Assembly (NCBI GenBank): GCA_020845875.1
Contig: JADLEY010000011.1
Span: 1 to 56,541, forward strand
Source: Candidatus Nomurabacteria bacterium
Lineage (GTDB): Bacteria > Patescibacteriota > Minisyncoccia > Phycocordibacterales > UBA9973
DNA length: 56,541 bases
Direction of reading: 5' to 3'
Under the pieces are notes generated by a model. It was not told the DNA's origin and searched no databases. It saw nothing but the letters and a program-made list of their open reading frames with translations. Shown piece by piece: positions 53,692 through 56,541 of this stretch. Every line of letters starts with the position of its first letter. Position 1 is the first letter of the stretch. A program made the translations under genes and the position numbers.

Positions 53692-53749
53692 ACTATATCA
53701 TGATGGGTATAGTATGTCAAATTGACAAATATACATAAATATGTACTAT
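53692..53749. promoter_or_regulatory. Divergent consensus promoters sharing palindromic -35 boxes
   Basis: TGTCAA-a-TTGACA (53715-53727). Minus strand: TTGACA, 17 nt (counted to the hexamer, including the TGA), TGA-TATAGT (53700->53692). Plus strand: TTGACA, 16 nt, TACTAT (53744-53749). Confidence 0.65.
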
Positions 53750-53766
53750 ATAGAAAAAACTTGCAC

Positions 53767-54246
53767 ATGAATACAATCATCCCGCCGCAACGAGACCTTC
53801 TCTCCGCGGCAAAAATCGTCTTCCCCGTCCTGTTCGCTGGCGCAAATGGTGAAGTAAACAAATACATCAACTTCTTCTCCAACGAGAGAAACGGTGAAAA
53901 CAAAGAGGCGAGTTTTGCCCTTCTGCTTGCGCTTATCGGGAGCGGAAAAGCGACCGTGATAGATGCCACCTCCACCATGAGAAAGTACGGCAAGCAGGAT
54001 GCGCTACGCCTCGGGGAGGCGTTTGCCGAAAGCGTTACAGAAGACAAAGACGCACTCGCCTTTATGGAAGCGGTCAAAACCGACTACCCTGCGCTCCTTG
54101 GCACCGTCATCAAAACGCGGAAATGGGACGCGGGGACTATTCGCAAGCACCTCGAACCTTTTGTGTATACAAAAGAGTTGTGGTTTGCGCTGGCGGACAT
54201 GGTTACAGCAAACGAGCTCCCGCTAGGAACTCCGGGAAAACAGTAG
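53767..54246 (+). CDS. Hypothetical protein
   Basis: First ATG at 53767 downstream of the promoter. No recognisable motif. Confidence 0.45.
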   Translation: MNTIIPPQRDLLSAAKIVFPVLFAGANGEVNKYINFFSNERNGENKEASFALLLALIGSGKATVIDATSTMRKYGKQDALRLGEAFAESVTEDKDALAFMEAVKTDYPALLGTVIKTRKWDAGTIRKHLEPFVYTKELWFALADMVTANELPLGTPGKQ

Positions 54247-54299
54247 TGGCTTACAGGACACAAAAAAGCTGTCGCAGTATCTGCGGCGGCTTTTCTTTT

Positions 54300-55235
54300 T
54301 TAGGTGGCGGCAAAAAATTCCACCACCACAAAGGCGAGCCAGAAGAAAAAGAGGAGCCACGCTTCGCGCCGAGAGAGCGTGCGTCCCGAGCGCATAAAGC
54401 GAAAGAGGATAAACGATGCGAGTACCATAAAGGCGCCGGTGACATAAATGATACGCTGCGGAAAAGAAAACGGGCTCACCAGCGCCAAGAGTCCCACCAC
54501 TATCGTCGCATCCGCAAGGACGGTGCCGAGGAGGTCGCCGATAGCAAGCGAGTCATCGTGCTTTTTGAGCGACTGGAGCGAGAAGAAAAGCTCTGGCATG
54601 GTTGTCCCGAGCCCCACCACCAGCATCCCGATGAGGATGGGATTTACTCCGAGCCCCTCCGCAATCGCGCTCGCCGAGGTGACCGTGAAGTGCGCACCGA
54701 TAAGGAGAATCGCCATGCTGATGAGGAGCTGCCCGAGCGCCTTTGAACGAGTACGCGCACTGCCAGCGTGGGCATGCGCCTCTTCCCCTCCCTTTTTTTG
54801 AAAAGCAAAATAATAAAATGCCCCCCCAGCGAGAATCAGGGCGAGCCCTTCCATCCGAGAGAGGTGTCCGTTGAAGCCAAGGATAAGCGGTAGGAGAAGG
54901 AGAAACGGGTAGATGGCGTGATTTTTCAAAATCTTGCTCTCCACTTTTATGCTCCTGCCCGCATACCACACACAGATCGCGACAATGAGCGAAAGGTCGG
55001 CGATATTGGAACCGAAGAGCATACCGAGCCCAAACGCAGGAATGCCACTGAGCGCAGCGTTGAGCGAGATAAACGTCTCAGGGAGAATAGAAATAATAGC
55101 GATGACGATAAATCCGACTGTGTACGTCGGCAGCCGCAGGCCCCGAGCGAGCCGGCTCGCGTAGATCGTCGCAGCGGTGGAGCCACGAATCACCATAAAG
55201 AGCGCACCGACAAAAATGAAAAGGTGGTTAAGCAT
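54300..55235 (-). CDS. Ca2+/Na+ antiporter (CaCA family, YrbG-like)
   Basis: Two alpha-repeats (GSNIADLSLIV and GDLLGTVLADATIV), about 10 TM helices. Confidence 0.8.
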   Translation of the reverse strand: MLNHLFIFVGALFMVIRGSTAATIYASRLARGLRLPTYTVGFIVIAIISILPETFISLNAALSGIPAFGLGMLFGSNIADLSLIVAICVWYAGRSIKVESKILKNHAIYPFLLLLPLILGFNGHLSRMEGLALILAGGAFYYFAFQKKGGEEAHAHAGSARTRSKALGQLLISMAILLIGAHFTVTSASAIAEGLGVNPILIGMLVVGLGTTMPELFFSLQSLKKHDDSLAIGDLLGTVLADATIVVGLLALVSPFSFPQRIIYVTGAFMVLASFILFRFMRSGRTLSRREAWLLFFFWLAFVVVEFFAAT

Positions 55236-56541
55236 AAGACTTTTCAGTATACCGCTTCATTTTAAATAATCGCTTCGCACCCTCGATGAGAGCGATGTTG
55301 AACACCCCAATCAGAAGCACTCCCCCTACCCATGGAAGCGGGAGCGCAACGGTACCGAGGAGGACCTGCAGCGCAGGCAAGTAAATCGCCGCCACCATCA
55401 ACATCACACCAAGGAGCGTGCCGCCGGTGAGGTAGCGATTGGAGAAGAGTGAAAATGAGAAAATGCTGCGCTCGAGACTTCGCACCGAAAAGGCAACAAA
55501 GAGCGTGTAGGTGCCAAACGCGGCAAACATAAACGTGCGCACCAATTGCGCATCATGTCCGCGCGAAGTAAGAAACAGGTAGAGCGCAAAGAGAAAGACG
55601 CTGGTCGAAAATCCGATCACCACAATCAAAAATCGCATCGGCCGATCAAAGAGCGAGGTGCGATGCGGGCGGTGCATCAGCGCATTCGGCTCCTTCTCAA
55701 AAGCAAACGCAATTGCCGGGAAGCTGTCGGCAAAGAAATTTACCCATAGTATCTGGAGTGCGGAGAGCGGCAGCGGCACTCCCACAATGAGCGCTCCGCC
55801 GATAAGGATGAGCTCGTCCGTAATGCTTGAGAGCAGGTATACTAACACCCTCCTGATATTCCCCACTATTTGCCTTCCCTCTTCGACGGCGGCAACGATT
55901 GTCTCAAAATTGTCATCGAGAAGCACCAGGTCCGCCACGCTCTGCGCCACCTCAGTACCCGAGCCCATCGCAATACCGACATCCGCCTGCTTAATCGACG
56001 GAGCGTCGTTCACCCCGTCTCCTGTCATCGCCACCACTTCGCCCATCTTTTGGTACAGCGTGGCAATACGCAGCTTATCAAACGGCGTCACTCGGGCAAT
56101 CACGGAGAGACGCGGGAGCCGCTCCATAAGCTGCCGATCAGAGAGCCCTTCGAGCTCTGAGGCATCGAGCACCGAGCGGTCGTCGACTGCCATGCCAATT
56201 TCCCTCGCTACCGCCACCGCGGTGCCGCGATGGTCGCCAGTCAGTATGACCGTCTTGATACCGGCGTCATGCACCCGCTTCATCACGGAGGCGATGCTCG
56301 GGCGCACGGGGTCGCGAAAAGTAATCAGCCCATCAAAGGATAAGCTCCCCGTCGGCACATCTTTCGAAAGAGAAAAATCTTCTCCCCCACTGACTGCCTT
56401 GCTCGCTACCCCAAGCACTCGCTCCCCGGAAGAGGCAAACTCCTCTATCTGCCGGAGGATTGTCTTTTGTGCCACCCCATCAAGCGCCGAGCGGGCAAGT
56501 AAAATATCCGGCGCGCCAAAAAATACCACTTCATGAATATC
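55228..56541 (-). CDS. P-type cation-transporting ATPase (P2/Ca2+-type), C-terminal part; the gene continues past the window end
   Basis: MTGDGVNDAPSIKQADVGIAMG hinge motif and C-terminal TM bundle. The frame is open to the window edge. 8-nt overlap with the antiporter gene. Confidence 0.85.
   Translation of the reverse strand, partial: DIHEVVFFGAPDILLARSALDGVAQKTILRQIEEFASSGERVLGVASKAVSGGEDFSLSKDVPTGSLSFDGLITFRDPVRPSIASVMKRVHDAGIKTVILTGDHRGTAVAVAREIGMAVDDRSVLDASELEGLSDRQLMERLPRLSVIARVTPFDKLRIATLYQKMGEVVAMTGDGVNDAPSIKQADVGIAMGSGTEVAQSVADLVLLDDNFETIVAAVEEGRQIVGNIRRVLVYLLSSITDELILIGGALIVGVPLPLSALQILWVNFFADSFPAIAFAFEKEPNALMHRPHRTSLFDRPMRFLIVVIGFSTSVFLFALYLFLTSRGHDAQLVRTFMFAAFGTYTLFVAFSVRSLERSIFSFSLFSNRYLTGGTLLGVMLMVAAIYLPALQVLLGTVALPLPWVGGVLLIGVFNIALIEGAKRLFKMKRYTEKSYA

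Noticed and set aside
1-56541. CRISPR arrays, rRNA genes, transposases, integrases and prophage modules.
   Set aside because: No spaced direct-repeat arrays, rRNA-like segments or recombinase motifs were found on either strand. The only interspersed repeat pair is the DGR TR/VR.

Overview
56.5-kb chromosomal window, apparently from a reduced-genome uncultivated bacterium. The CPR/Patescibacteria-like assignment is an inference from compact or truncated housekeeping genes, many small hypothetical genes and near-absence of Shine-Dalgarno sites. Most of the window is core machinery: dnaX, dus, ftsQ-like, serS, dprA, topA, rel, parB, miaA, typA, rsmE, rnhB, dnaE, secA, smc, rnc, nusB fusion, rpmF, rpmG, thrS and gyrB. 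It also holds 4 tRNAs (Gln, Leu x2, Trp), a marR/MFP/MFP/MFS efflux operon and a Ca2+ ATPase/antiporter pair. No rRNA or CRISPR array was seen. The stand-out is a complete diversity-generating retroelement (DGR) at about 24.77-27.46 kb, between rnhB and dnaE. It comprises a DGR-type reverse transcriptase, an Avd-like four-helix-bundle gene, a 126-nt template repeat (TR) and a cognate variable repeat (VR) at the 3' end of a small target gene. TR and VR differ at 18 positions, and every one is an adenine of the TR sense strand. Its layout is atypical: avd lies on the opposite strand, the TR is bracketed by its own terminators, and a (CAGC)6 microsatellite sits between RT and avd. Other notable items follow. 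A UvrD-type helicase/PD-(D/E)XK nuclease gene is split between motifs V and VI by a 1.15-kb insert. Extended -10 boxes (TGnTAnAnT) sit 6-10 nt upstream of many start codons, suggesting leaderless mRNAs. Three small-ORF cassettes share a GTTGCAAAAA leader motif. There is a NusB-NUDIX fusion, a ThrRS without its editing domain, and two decayed genes.
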